A stretch of 64,000 nucleotides of DNA from NCBI RefSeq assembly GCF_964204645.1, contig NC_134026.1:4301950-4365949 (forward strand), given 5' to 3'. A model generated the notes under the pieces. That model saw nothing but the letters and a program-made list of their open reading frames with translations, had not been told where the DNA came from and searched no databases. Each line of letters begins with the position of its first letter. The first letter of the stretch is position 1. Shown in pieces: positions 32,839 through 46,500 of this stretch. The DNA is from Tubulanus polymorphus. Its lineage: Eukaryota > Animalia > Nemertea. The position numbers and the translations under genes were made by a program.

Positions 32839-34632
32839 ATGTTCGGTAAGGATAACGATGTGTCGCGATGCGCTTCGCACAGCATTGAAGGTATTCTCGG
32901 ACGTAGACCATCCTTCGGTCACGAACAAGAGGGCAATAGCAGAAATGGTAAATATAATTGCATTGGAATCATTAAAATCTCTTATGTGTAATTTTACGAT
33001 TTATTTACGAGTCATTCGTGAAATCAACTAATGCTTTTTGATTTCATTTGGATTAATTACATCATAACGACCCCTGTCAATGGCTTTAGAGCCTCGGGGT
33101 CCATTTCATAGATCGAATTTAATTTCATTAATCATGATATCACAATATTGATGGAACTTCAAAGAAATGTTAAGTCGGTCCGTCAAACGGCCCTCAGGCC
33201 GGGTAGGTTATTAGGATCAAATCTAAATTTCACGCATGCCTGGAAAATCTAAACCTGCCCATGTGCTGCATTAAAACCTTTTGTGTTTACTGTGTATGAA
33301 GAATATCTATAATCTTTATCTACATCATCACATTCATTGAAATAAATCAAATTGCGTGTGAAATTGAAAATAGAAGCAAGGGTTGCTTGCGGCAACATGT
33401 TTCGCATCCTCGGTGCTTGTTGTAACCTATGCTCGACCCGTGTAAACGCGTGGACGAAATTCTGTTGATGTTCATATGTATATAATTTGTTTAGATTATC
33501 ATCATTCACTTCCACATTCGGAAAAACCTCGCGATCGACTTTCCTCGTCACCCGATCCACCTAAGAAGAAAAAGACAAGGTACAGGTACGAATTTTAGAT
33601 CTTTTTCGTTGTTCAACATTCGTTCCTACGAACGTTTGTTCGCCGAACAACCTGGAAATCATTTTGGACCCGTCCGCGTAGATTAATGTCTATACGATAA
33701 TCCGAATGCATATTCATTTTTTCTAGAACTACATTTTCGGCCTATCAACTGGAGGAAATGGAAAAAGCTTTCGAGGCTGCTCCATATCCGGATGTATTCA
33801 TGCGCGAAGATCTAGCTATGCGAATCAATCTAAGTGAATCCCGCGTACAGGTATAAAATCGAGTCTTCTTATATCTTCTATTATTTCTAAGTATCCTTCA
33901 AGTTTTGCTTGACTTAATTCCTTCACTCTTTACAATTTATTTCATCCGTGTAAACGAGATCGTTTTTGATTTATTTCCAGGTATGGTTTCAAAATCGTCG
34001 TGCGAAATGGCGCAAACAGGCGCCGAAAAAGACGCCGTCGTATTCACCAGGTATTTACATATAGAAACGACTGTAAAACAACATACTGTCACTTCCATAA
34101 AAACTGTACAAGAACGGAAAGAGCCATTGGCATTAAATAAATGTTTATCCTTAACAATAGTTGACTCTCTATTTACTATTACCCAACAGGTTCATCGGCA
34201 TACGGCTATGGCTCTAGTGGATCAGCTGGGATCTACGGGAATTCGTTACCATCGTTAGGTTGTACTAACGTTATGGAACGCTGCTACGGTTTTCTACCAC
34301 CGACTTACACAGACCCGCACGTTGCTGCTGGTCTGGCATCCAGATTGCAGTACCACATGCCCTCCTTGGCATTGTCAGGATATCCGTTGTCGGCGGCGCC
34401 GTACTCAGCCTCACCCACGTTACCGACCACACTTCCGGCTATATCGCTACCGGCAGCCACGACTTTACCGAACATTTCAGGTCTGCGCTCGGCTCACGCG
34501 CACACGAGTCTACCGTCGTCCGTCTCCGAATCGTCGATGAATCCTTCTACGACTCATCCTTCGTCTAAACAGCTACCGAATCTGACCGTCGACGCTCTTT
34601 GTTTGAAAAAAGAGGAATCACATTTTTCGTGA
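32839..34632 (+). CDS. repo: Paired-class (Q50) homeobox protein, Repo (reversed polarity) family; 5 coding exons
   Basis: Exons 32839-32947, 33495-33585 (or 33579), 33727-33850, 33981-34050 and 34190-34632. The homeodomain KKKT(RY)[60 protein letters not shown] closely matches recalled Drosophila Repo ([21 protein letters not shown]). N-terminal octapeptide/eh1-like HSIEGILG. Confidence 0.88.
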
Positions 34633-35769
34633 TGCAATTATTTACAGCTTTTAAAGCCGGCATGACCATATTCGTATGAACATTGTGTATATATAAATTC
34701 GCGCGCACGATAGGTAGATACATCAGGAAAATACTGCTGTTTTGTAAAAAGACTTTTTACTTTTGATTTTTGTAAGGATGTAAATCGTTTATAACTATTA
34801 TTCTAATCGATGTAAATATAATGACTTATAATGCACTATTTTTAATCATGATAATTATCGGCGTTCTTGGAATAAAGAGTAAGATGGAATCTACGATTTG
34901 AATTTCAGCTTATCGATCAAACGCCTAATGAAAGTTCGGGGGTGAGGCATCTAGTCATCATCAGCTACTAACACTATTACTAAAACATACTATTTATTGA
35001 TATTCTAGAACTGGTTTCAATGGTGCTAAGTGTGTATGTAGATATTATTGGAGAATAAAAAAAAAAAACATGATATGAGATTTCCTTTTGTTATTTTGTT
35101 TCTTCTCTTTTGATTAAAACTCTATTTGATGTTCGTTATACGAAAGAACGTAACTTTGTGAGGTTTTTTCCTCAGTTCAAAGAGTGACAGTAAATGAGGT
35201 CGTCTGTGTCCCACAAATACAAGAAAACTGTCTGATCCGAAAGCGGCATCGGAACGGCGATAAATGACTGCATGGGAGAAAGCGAATCATCTGATGGTTT
35301 CATCTAATCACTTGCAGTGAATGTTGAAGACGTTTTTGAGATCAATGTATTTATAAGACCGCGCGCGAAAGAACTATGCAGTGATGAGGTTCTGTTTCCC
35401 CCCGATTGTGATCAAAAGAATTCAATACAAAAGAGATGCACATAAGATGCGTACCTAGCTGCGAATCCTGGGGAACTCGGAGATATAGAGCTATTTTATC
35501 CTTTGGCGGTGTTTTTCATGGTTCGCACAGCGAAGTCATATGCTTGTGATGTCGCCTAACGCCATCAAACTGTCGATTCTCTGCCCATTCTAGCGATAAT
35601 ACAATTTTCAATTACAGCGTAATAAGCGCCGGCGATTGCAGGTGCAACCGGGATACTAACAAAGAATCGGGCGTTAAGTCGCGAGTAATCGAGTCATTTG
35701 CGCAACGGTTCACATTCACCAGCAAAAAAAAACAGAAGATGCACAAATAGAGAGCTTAAGAGCTTCTAA

Positions 35770-35844
35770 AGGCCGGCGAACACGGGCCGATTTCTCGTCG
35801 TACGACAAGATTTCGACGAAAAATCACCTCGTTCACGCCGGTCT
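35770..35844. repeat. Small hairpin / Harbinger-like MITE remnant
   Basis: AGGCCGGCGAACACG ... CGTTCACGCCGGTCT inverted termini, with inner GATTTCTCGTCG / CGACGAAAAATC arms. Confidence 0.55.
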
Positions 35845-38088
35845 AAAGGCTTTATCAGATGGGTGATGTATTTGTTAAGGGCCGGGTCGTTAACTTCACT
35901 TCACAGGGGGCAGAAGAGGGCCAAGTGAAGTGTTTTCCCAGATTATTCTTTTTTTATATTTCAAAGAAAATGTATTATACCGAGAAAATAATTGCATTCA
36001 TAAAAATGTGTGCAATATGTAACTACAGTAATTTCTGGCAGACGCCGAAACAGCAATCGATAAATATTTGAATTGTGGTTTGTGTCAAGTAAGTGGTCGA
36101 GACCCCATAAACCCCTTGGATCTGCCCCTGCTACATGGGACGATTTTTGGTGAATCGATCAATTGGACAAGATATAGTCTATAACCGTGTTAGCTTGTCT
36201 ATTGGTTGAGCCAGAAGTGTCATACGTGACAATGCTAAAAGTACGATGTAACTAAATATGCGATCCGAAATCCGTATTTAACATGTAAACCAGTAGCTGC
36301 TACTGCTGCTGCTGTAACGATTGCGTCAAACATCGTTAAATCTTCAGTATTCAAAATCGTAATTAGGTTTCAGTAGTATCCGTTTCTTCATTAGTGTCGC
36401 TTCAATGTCGTTCCTCGGTTAGCGGTTTCGTGAAACAAATCTCTGCGAGTTGTAAAAATATGATAGTTCTCCATCTCTGAATCAGTAGCGCGCTATTTTC
36501 GTTACTGAGAATTTTAAAAATATCTAACGTTCTACCGAAATTCTTCGCAGATCTTACAGAAAAGGGCGTATTTCAATTGACGACATCGTCGAAGGTTGAA
36601 AGGCATAGATCTTATAAGAATAAAATTGGCCTTTCACCGTATATTTTCTTCTTGGAAAATGTGAAAATGATCATCATTATTGTTTCACAGTTATTGAGTT
36701 GTAATACGGAATCTGTGTTTTACGAAAATGACAAGAAAGCATAATCATGTAACAGTATCGAATTAGGTGTACGTTCACCGTTGTGCGAGCAACCATTCTG
36801 CTCAGGATTATAATTCCGCAATGTTCTAAAGCACGTTCTCTCTGGTTCTCGTAAAGATTTGGAGACGAATTGTATTTCTATTGAGACTTTCGAAGAATGT
36901 TCTTCTATCATCGTGGAATCCGTGTTGGTCATCAAAATGCATCTGATGCCTTGTATCTAGCCTCGGTACCACGCGGACAAAATCTGTCGTATAATCTTTT
37001 ATCCACGAATTAACGAATTTGCTTCATTCCACCTGACAATTTGAATAATAAATCGTGCTCTTGAATTCTTGAATATAGCGGGATTTCATCATAATCTTTT
37101 CTCCTCATTTCAGTGTGGCTATTCTATTACGTATCTGGCTGACAGAATCTTTATCGAACAAATAAATGTTTCGATAAAGCTAAGAAGGAACATGTTCAAT
37201 GATGAAAGGAATGGATGTGATGGCAAGTTCTCACTTAATGTCACCATCTACTCCTCGACGACCGGGCGTTTTTTTCATTGTTTGGAATTTCAAGGTCCGA
37301 TAACGATCGGCAAAATAACCGACAAGAAACTCCGAGATGGTCTCTCAGAAATAATCATGTGTAATGATTGTGACATGACAGGAATGAATATTGGCCGCGC
37401 TTATTACCCGCTCAGCAGCGTTAATTGTGCTAACGATTCACAATTGCTGACGTTTTGATGTTGGGAAAAATTCACCAGGCAACGACGACCGTCACCGCCT
37501 TCAGTGTTATCCGACATAGTAAATAATTGTTCGATATTTTTTCATTCCAGTTCACATTGAATGGATGCTACTGACCTTCAATATTGAGTGCTGGCAAGGA
37601 TGAATATTGTTTCCGTGCAAGCAAACGTATAAAATGAGTGAAAGTTACTGACCATTTCGAAGGTTTTATCTGTTTCATATTTCAAATATAGGTTACGTTA
37701 GTTACCTCGCAGTACATCTAATCTTAGATCAGGACAAAGGGAGCGGCGCCATTTGCCGGTGGTAACAGAATTTATGATTGATATGGGAAAGCTTATGATA
37801 TTAATCAGCGAGTTATCTGCCGGACAACTCCGTAGCTTAACAAACGCCCTAAGGCCTGCTTTCACGCAACTCGATAGTGGCATTCCTTGTACAAGCGCTA
37901 TTCAACAGACAAATCGACCTGCATTATTGGCCATCTTCTCTCCACACAAAATCACATTACATCTGATGAAATCTGTACTGAGCTTAAGTGTAAAATAATG
38001 CGATTTTATTAGATGAAATGTGTGCTATAAAAGTAGAAGTTTCCCCCGACACCTGCGCGCGTCTTCTGTAGATCGTGACGTCACTAGA

Positions 38089-39573
38089 TCAGGATTCTGC
38101 GCTGTCAGTGTTGTGCGAAACGACCTTGCTTTGGTAAACGTTATATCGGAATCCGGCTGGTTTTCGTTGATCATCTTTCTTCCTGTGGCCGCAACGTAGT
38201 AATTTCCTGAAAGCGTAGCGAAAGTCCTTCGAGAAAAGGGCATATATAATCGGGTTTAGTAGACTGTTACAGTAGCCCAGCCAGAAAAATATACTGAAAA
38301 TCACGTAATGCGACAGATTGTAGAATGCGCTTATGAAATAAATGGTGAAAAATGGCAACCAACAACAAATGAAGCAACCGACTACTATAGCTAAAGTTTT
38401 GGCTGCTTTCATGTTACTGTCGTGGTGCCAAGCTTTTTTATATTCACTATTACTTCGCTTGAAATTGTGACGGTTTTCTTTGACGCCCGCGTTGGGTACA
38501 GGTACGCTGAGAGAGGCGTTGCTGCCCTTTTTCTTGACTGTCGCGGGAATTTGAATCAGACATAGCCTATTTTTTCCGTTATTCTCGACGGTAACGTTAC
38601 TAGCGATGAACGGCTCCCAGTCCGATTTGTCTCGGCTGCTGACAACAGAACTTCGCGCCGTCGATAATCGGTCTTCGATAAGCAAAGTATCATTGTTTGT
38701 CAATTTGTCTGTATTATTTCCTATATTTGTTGCAGCTAATTTGTTTGCCTCGTATTTGCCTGTACGTGCATTGATCGTACTGCCACCCTGGTGAATTCCC
38801 ATGGCACCGTCGCCCGTCAACAGTTTCCCGCGACCGATCGAGTTGCGAACACGTTTCGCTATGAAATATATCTTTATATAAAACCCCACCATAACGGCCG
38901 TCGGTACGAAAAACGAGCCGATAGCGGAATAAATCACGTAACCCCTGTGGTCGTTCAATTCACAGAAATGTATAGTTTGTATACAATCATCAACCGTTTC
39001 GTTAAGGTTCAACGAAAATTGGGCGTTTTCGGTAGTATTTTTCGACGAAGCACTTGTACCGGTGCTATCGTCTTCTTGCCACCCGATTAAGGGCGGAAAA
39101 CTTATCATGAACGAAACGATCCACACGCTGGCGATTAAAATCCATCCTTTTTTCGCCGTGCTGAAATGCGTCTTGTATTTCATCGGCTGCGAAATGGCCA
39201 GGTATCTATCGAAACTGATGGCGCATAAATTCAAAATGGACGACGTACAAAGCCACACGTCAATAACTAGCCAAATCTCGCACCAGAACGGCTGGAAAAC
39301 CCAATAACCCATAACTTCATTAGCATTTGAGAACGGTAGCACAAACACACCCAGGCTAAAGTCCGCGACGCCGAGTGACAAAATTAGATTATTGGTCACA
39401 GATCGCGACGTATATCTTTTCATGACAGCTAATATCACTAGCAAGTTCCCGAACAGTACGGCAACATTTATGAAAGCTAATACAGTCGATATAGACACGA
39501 TCACTGCGATTTTTCCATCTTCGAAACGTTCATCATATTTCGAGCAATTTTCATTCACGTCCCGGATCCCCAT
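38089..39573 (-). CDS. Class A aminergic GPCR, alpha-type octopamine receptor (OAMB / Oct-alpha1-like); CDS has no intron
   Basis: 494-aa ORF with 7 TM segments, GNLLV, LGVAD, TM3 Asp (IDVWLCTSSILNLCAISFDRY), TM5 serines (YSAIGSFF), KAAKTLAIVVGCFICCWLPFFTIY and FFWLGYCNSLLNPIIYALFSKDFRYAF, as recalled for Oct-alpha receptors. Confidence 0.9.
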   Translation of the reverse strand: MGIRDVNENCSKYDERFEDGKIAVIVSISTVLAFINVAVLFGNLLVILAVMKRYTSRSVTNNLILSLGVADFSLGVFVLPFSNANEVMGYWVFQPFWCEIWLVIDVWLCTSSILNLCAISFDRYLAISQPMKYKTHFSTAKKGWILIASVWIVSFMISFPPLIGWQEDDSTGTSASSKNTTENAQFSLNLNETVDDCIQTIHFCELNDHRGYVIYSAIGSFFVPTAVMVGFYIKIYFIAKRVRNSIGRGKLLTGDGAMGIHQGGSTINARTGKYEANKLAATNIGNNTDKLTNNDTLLIEDRLSTARSSVVSSRDKSDWEPFIASNVTVENNGKNRLCLIQIPATVKKKGSNASLSVPVPNAGVKENRHNFKRSNSEYKKAWHHDSNMKAAKTLAIVVGCFICCWLPFFTIYFISAFYNLSHYVIFSIFFWLGYCNSLLNPIIYALFSKDFRYAFRKLLRCGHRKKDDQRKPAGFRYNVYQSKVVSHNTDSAES

Positions 39574-40340
39574 GTTGCGTGTAACTGAGAGAAACTGACA
39601 TAGTCTAATTGCACGGTGTCCTTCGAAAAAGTGTCAATGACATCATTCACCGTAGTTGTTTCGGAATATTTTCATCCACCAGTGTGCGCTTTTTTTTCTC
39701 GCTAGCGTAGTAAAGCGGTGCCTAAGTGAATCTGAAAATGGGAAAAAAAGTACGAATCAATGACGTTGTATTATACAGTGTAACTATGATTGCGGAGCGT
39801 GCATAGATGACGGTCGTTGGCCGAAAAAAAACCCAGATGCCAAAATGGTTTGATGGATGTGGTCATTTTTGTTCAACTCGGATCAATTGCCAGACCCAGA
39901 GGCGATTGTAATATTCGGAGAGAAAGCGCGAAATATGAAGGTGCGGTCAATAGATGAGATTGTGATAATAAGCGTTGGGCCAAACTGCGACGGTTGCCGG
40001 AATAATTTTGTTTGATTCGCTCTCGATATCGCTGTTATAGTGCGCTCGTTAGCCATATCGATTCACAAACCCAAAATGCTGGATGAGATCGCAGATATTC
40101 GCATTGAGGCAGTTTTAAAAATTTCGTCCATTCACAGAAATGCGTCCAGTGACCATTTCTTACGTTCAGAACGCGTATACTTTCATCGTACCAATTGTAT
40201 TTTGTTTGTTCCTAATTTATGATCATTTATCTCTGACTAAAGAGGATAATTGGGAATTAACGAATTTGCTTAATTCCACATGACAATGGCCAAAATATTG
40301 CGGCTGTTCAATCGATAAAAGATTATGTAAGTATCCAATA

Positions 40341-40571
40341 CGGGGTGGCTCTAATGGGTATATTTCTGGGGGTCTAGATCCCTGCCTTCCATTTTGCCCA
40401 TTAGATACCAAGACAGATCGTTAAAATCTGCAAATTTGACACTCTCTCGAAAATTGCATTGCTTCGGATATATTCCTTCATAATATCTCTAACACCTAGA
40501 ATAGGACTCTGCTTGGACTACAGGGTAGCTGCTTTATCCAAAGAATGCCAATTTTCCTAGATCCGCCCCCG
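40341..40571. mobile_element. Degenerate hAT-like MITE (GGGGCGGATC type)
   Basis: CGGGGTGGCTCTA ... TAGATCCGCCCCCG; a similar terminus GGATCTGCCCCTG occurs at about 36118-36130. Confidence 0.4.
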
Positions 40572-43500
40572 CGAAACATTTTTTGACAGTCGTTTTTTGT
40601 CATGTCGTTCGTTACTGCGACAAAATAAATCCGATGTACCGGTAAATCTAACATGCGTGTTGTATACCAGAAATATTTAGTAGAACATATCAGTGCGGGT
40701 TAGCTAGAAACTGACCGCGAGCGCATTGCACGACGTCCTGCTCGATTCTTTAAAGAAGGTTTCGCGTGGTACGAAATAAGACTGGACTCTCAGGCAGTTG
40801 AATAATATCAATTCTTAAGAAGTCGTGTCGAGATATTTTTTTAGAATAAATATTTATTCGTCTTACGAATAATTTAGTGCTTTCAAAGGTGCAGATGCCT
40901 TCAGGTGTAAATATGGCAATCACGTGGAATTTATGTACATATTATAAGGACGATTCCCGCATTAAAGCGTGAATGTATTTGCATTTAATTTTCTATAGCC
41001 AATCCCCTGTGTCGCCATTGTTGCTATTTCGCTGAGCCATCCATCCTCTGCGTGACGGGTATGACATCAGACACGACACGAACCGAGAGAAACAACCGAA
41101 CGATTATTAACTTGCGCGATAGGTCGACGTGTGACGAAAAGACACTGGCGCGAATTCCGCTTTCGGCGAATCGAGGGTGACATGAATGCCTAAATAAGAT
41201 ATGACCGAGTTATACTGAAAGATGATGCTAAGCTTTCCGGGTTCGACTAGCATTATCTAAACAGCTTTTATGTACATTTGATTTGTATTCAATTATGTGC
41301 TTCTCGCGTGGAAGGCCTTTTAGTTAATTGACGTCGTAATTTTACTCTGTTATGCATATAATTAGCGAGATTAAACTGTACATTGACAGGGCACTTTGTC
41401 ATCTGATGACATTGGGGACCGAAATGTTATTTTTTAGATATTTTTGAAATTCAGTATTTTCATGTCTGTAGCGGTCATCGTCATACGGGTCAGGGTCAAC
41501 TAAGCATCAAATAAGCGCCCGCGATGCTGTAGTGAATGTATACCAGTTTCTTGTTAAAAACATATTGACGAATGGCCGGTAAACTAATTTCGAAACGAAT
41601 ATTCCGATGATAGGAAGCGATAATCAAATCGCCAGATAACACGTTTAAGCGTCGTGTTACGAATATATACAGTTATGGAAAGTATTGACAAAATGATAAC
41701 TTTCATAGACTGATACACGCGTGGGTTGTTATATAATATATATTCGTCGATGTACAATTTACCGACGTGAACGGTAACATCATTTTCCCGATCCTAAGAC
41801 GCTTCCATGTGAATGTTTTTCTTTAAAAAATCGATGAAAAAGTTTGCCGCTAACGTAAGCGCCGGGAAGTGTAGGCAGATATGGTCTAAAGGATTGCGTA
41901 GATTTCAGCTTTTGAATATGTATGATTTCTACGAAGCTTTCAAAAGCAGGAATGCAGGGGCTAATAGCATCTCCCCGACAGCCGGCGAAACTCGGTTTCG
42001 TTGTTCGGCGTCGAAGAAACGCGCTGCGGATCGTTTACCCGCGGCCAAAAACAAATTAAGATTTTACCTCGACTCCGTCATCATTTAATAGAGTATTTCA
42101 TCGTAAACAAATTCAGCTCGCAACGACAGTGATTAGTTAAACCGCGTCGAAACACACTCAACCACGATGAAAAGCTGCGCAAAATTGAGATTTCCACGCT
42201 GTCCTCCTCTGATCTCGCGGCGCTTGCAAATTTATTCAGCTCCCAGGTAAAATAGGCAACTAATTTCTCCTCAATTCAAGCGCGATTCCAATTTCTCATC
42301 ACTCTTCTTAACCGCGTATACCGCGCGGCATCGTGGCTTTTTATCACTTCGTACAAATTTAATGATTAGTTATACCTGTGGATCTAAAAGCGCGGTTTGA
42401 ATTGATGTGACTGACGAGCGCTTGGGAATTTGTGCCGGGCCACAATCTTAACTGAAAATGCAAACAGTCGATTAACCATATGGCGTATACGCTCGCTGAG
42501 ATCGCTGACTAGACCTAGCTTGAAATAGAACCGCGTAAAACGTGTTAAACCGAATAAGAATTAAAACTCTTGATTTGGACATAAAACGGACAAATTGTTT
42601 TATGACTCGGAAAAGTAAGAATATATAATATGCCAGTCTCTTTCTGAAATGTTTTCCATGATTGAAACATACCATATTCCACATCTTTCAATCCAGGATG
42701 ATCGGTGATCTGGGACCCTAGGACAACTTATGCGCTGCGGTCATTGACTTTGCATTATCGAGGAACAGGTACACGGCCATTGAGACATGTAGAAAGTGTG
42801 ATATGATGATGATTGTCAAAAATAATGCTTGCACGATGATAGATCACATGCCGGGCAACAGTCATTCTCTCGAGCGAAATTCGTTTTATTCGTCGTTTTT
42901 TCTGCATCAGCGCGCGCGCCGCCGATAGCACAGGTTTTCCCGGTGCTGGGTATTTTTCGCGTATTCAGACTAGAACGATGAGTTCACCGTTCACCGCGCG
43001 CGAGTATAGGAGCGCTCCAGAAACGTTCAGTCGACCGATGCGTGCTGTAATTGATCTCGGTCGGTATAGGTTTACGCGCGACGACGCCGGAAACGCATGC
43101 GCATTAGGAAACCGCCGAGGAAATTTCAATCTTTCTAAGAAACGAAGTAACGAGGAAAATCTCGAAGCTGATTCGCCTGTGTGTGTATAAATGACATTGA
43201 TTGAAGACACAAAGACACGAGAGACTTGTAATTCTGATCAAAATGAAGAGACTGGATCGTCAAGAGTCATCAATGACTGATCCAACTTTTCGTATACGGC
43301 TTGATTTTCCTCACCAATTATCGAACTAGTCCTGACGATTCTAGGCGCTTACTAGCCAACGGTAATGAACGAAGTCACTAACGTTAAAGAAAGTTTAATC
43401 TAAACATGACATACCAATCCTTACAGAATATATATGATATGAATGAATGAACCACCAACAACTCTCAAATCAAACTTCTAAATCTTACAAGATTCTATTT

Positions 43501-46500
43501 TGTGTCGTTGTGTCTTCGTCGGTGAACTTCAGCCGTTCCCACATCAGTCGCAAGCTTTGCTAAATCTAATGAGTAAAACCGACACGAGCGACAAAGAATC
43601 CGTTGCAGTTAACTTCATAAAATGGAAAATTTGATTTCGAAATCCGGAAAAAAAGTTTTATCAGCGGGAGCTTGTGGAAAAATTGCAACGCTTTTAAGTG
43701 GCACCGTATCATTGGAGTGAAAAAACTTTGATGTTTTTTCTTCACCGTTTTTGAAATAGTTTCAATGATAAGAACCCCACAGTTGTTCAAAAATCTTGTC
43801 TCAGTATTCTACGCTGACAGACGTCGGCGATAGAGAAACGACGAAGGAATACGATGTTCCGAATTTGATCATATTGATGAAACAGTAGATAATTTCGAAC
43901 CCAACACATCCTCCCTCGCAAGGGATTCGAATCCGATGTCGTCGCGAGGTTCTGTCGTGGTATGCGAAACCCTATATCTGCATAGCCCCAGTGCGCACTT
44001 ACGTGTTATGCAGCTTTTAAATCGTGTGAAAGTCTTGAAATGAAAGATATTTATAAATCTAACGTTTCTAATTTCACGTACTGTTATAACAATGAAGATA
44101 CTCCCCCAAATCTTCACAGAATTTTTCTCAAGCAACCCTAAATCAACTTACAGAACCCGTGATAGTCTTAGTTCAAACATAATTCCAGTACGATACAGCC
44201 TTTATCTAAAAAAGTACAGTCTAAGAATCCAAGGTCCTATGAATGCATATCCCTTTCATCTTAAATCTGTACGTTCAATACCAATATTGATATAAAACAT
44301 CCGAAAGTTACTTATAGCTGTCTATTGATTTATCGAACAGTCCATGTCATTCATCATTTATATCTTTTTACTCAAGGTACTGCAACAAATTATTTCTCTT
44401 TTGTGTCTAAAGACCATCGTATATATTACTCCTCGCTTATAGATAGATAATGCATTCATGATGTTTACACATTTTGTCATGATATTTTTCATTATTTCTC
44501 GTTGTTTGTGTTTTAATTTTCATTTTTTTTACTCGCAGCTTTCTTTGTACGATCCTCGCTGGCTTGTTCTTGCATTCTATATTTCCATTATTGTCAAATT
44601 AACAGCACAATCAATGTACATGTATATTTAAATTCCATTGTATGGATATATAATGTAAAAACAATTAAAGTGAAATGAAGTATTTAATGATAATAAGTGT
44701 TAACCGTTAAATGTAAAGCCTCCAGTTGCTACAACATGCACGCCGTCAACTCGGTTCTATGCCGCCATGTTACCTTTCGAAGAGCGACGGATTAAAAACG
44801 TTAAATATTTCCTATCGTTGTTTGCATCGTTCGCTACTAATGAGATAGTATTTAGCTGACACTTGAAATAGTGGCTGTCTCGATCAATGCGCGCGAATAC
44901 CAAGAAAGGCATTTGTCTGATACTTAAAAATCATTAGAACGAGCGACGGTCTCGTATTCCAAGCTTACAAAGCATCCGAAGACACCCGAGTAAAATACAA
45001 TAGACCTTCGCGGCGTCGACTCCGTACAACAGCTTCTTTAAAAATAGAGTTCATATCTTGTCTGGAATCATATCGACATAAAACGAATGTATTGTGCCAG
45101 CAGAAAAATGCACACAAGCGCCCGCAGCTCTCCAATTTATAAGTAATGGATGGAGTATTAATCTAAAATTGACAGAAATCAGACTTTTCGTCCGTAGAAC
45201 CTTGATAATGAAGCTGGACACATATTGTGACTCTACACGTTAAGATATGTCTGATTTTGTATTTTGGATTTAAACGCTTATTACTTGAAAATTTTGAATT
45301 GCGAATACGTCACTATAGGTTAAGGGGTTAGCTTTGCTCAATCAGATCTTCAGACATTTTAGTCTAATTAAAAAAGAATAGACGAAGAAAGTTATACAAT
45401 CTCCTGTTTGGGTGTGACGCCGGGACTGGAGATTTAAGTCAAGTCAGCACTCAACGTTGACACGATTTGACACCGAATAAACGACTGATCTTTGACGATG
45501 ATTGGCATTTATTAGAAAAAGATCCGTGTTGCCGTGTGAAATTACATGTGCCTCGGGTGTCGATGTAAGTTACAAGTTGACGGAGTGAGAGACACGTTGA
45601 CTCTCTAAACCTGACGTCCCGTTGGGCCTGCTTGCTCGTTTGTCGATGTGATATTTGATTCCGGTCGTCAACAGCCATATGTCGTCGATCAAATTTGAAA
45701 AATCACACCCGACAGTCTATCGGGGAGATACATACCTGCTCGCTATCGAGAAATATGATAAAGCTTTATTTATGTAGTAAGGTGCTTGCGAGGAATAGAA
45801 ATTTCTAGATTAACGCCGCGTTTCTGGGGATAAGACGCGAACACGCAATGTTTCGGAAATTTGTTTTCCCTGTACAAACGGGTGAATATTTGATGAAGGT
45901 ATAAGACCTCTGGCCAGTGTATAATTCTATTTCTTATACACGTGTACACCATTTATTCAGTGGCTGTAATGATTCGAAGATTTTTATGAGCCAGGGACCA
46001 GCTTTAATATCCCTGGATAAGTGAAGCTACCGGGCAGCATCAATTCGTATACTGAAATTGATTAAACGCAATTTGATTAAACGACGCTGCATGAACCACG
46101 AAGACCGCTCCGCCATCACAAAGAAACAACTAAGAAGTCGAATCTTAATTCATAGATTCACCTCATACAGTTACCTGACACGTAACAAACTACGGCGTTG
46201 TTTAATTCTCCGAAATCTACCAACATTGATAAAGAATGCTTCCCCGTTTTCGAGCAAATCCTTCGCGATGAAACGTGAATATACTGCTGTTTGTGAACTG
46301 TTGGAAGATTCATAGCGTGGATATAATATGCCTTTTAGCGTATCATCCATCAAAACTCGAAGATTTAATCCATCATTTCGATAGGATATAAATACTGCGT
46401 GAATAATCAACAAATTAAAAAAAAAGATTAGGTCACTCACACTTTGCACACGTAATTTTGTTATTGGTCAACAAAGATCGGCCATCAATTTTGCCTATGA

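Noticed and set aside
3797-34632. GALC plus repo as a glial gene cluster
   Set aside because: GALC is a general lysosomal enzyme in a housekeeping block about 25 kb away with five genes in between; nothing in the sequence links them.
37069-37458. 129-aa plus-strand ORF and the other short ORFs in 35-38 kb and 40-59 kb
   Set aside because: No recognisable domains or consistent exon chains, and many use non-ATG starts; most are likely chance ORFs.
44340-44690. Possible decayed CR1/L2 LINE 3' end
   Set aside because: Only compositional resemblance; no reverse-transcriptase motif could be read.
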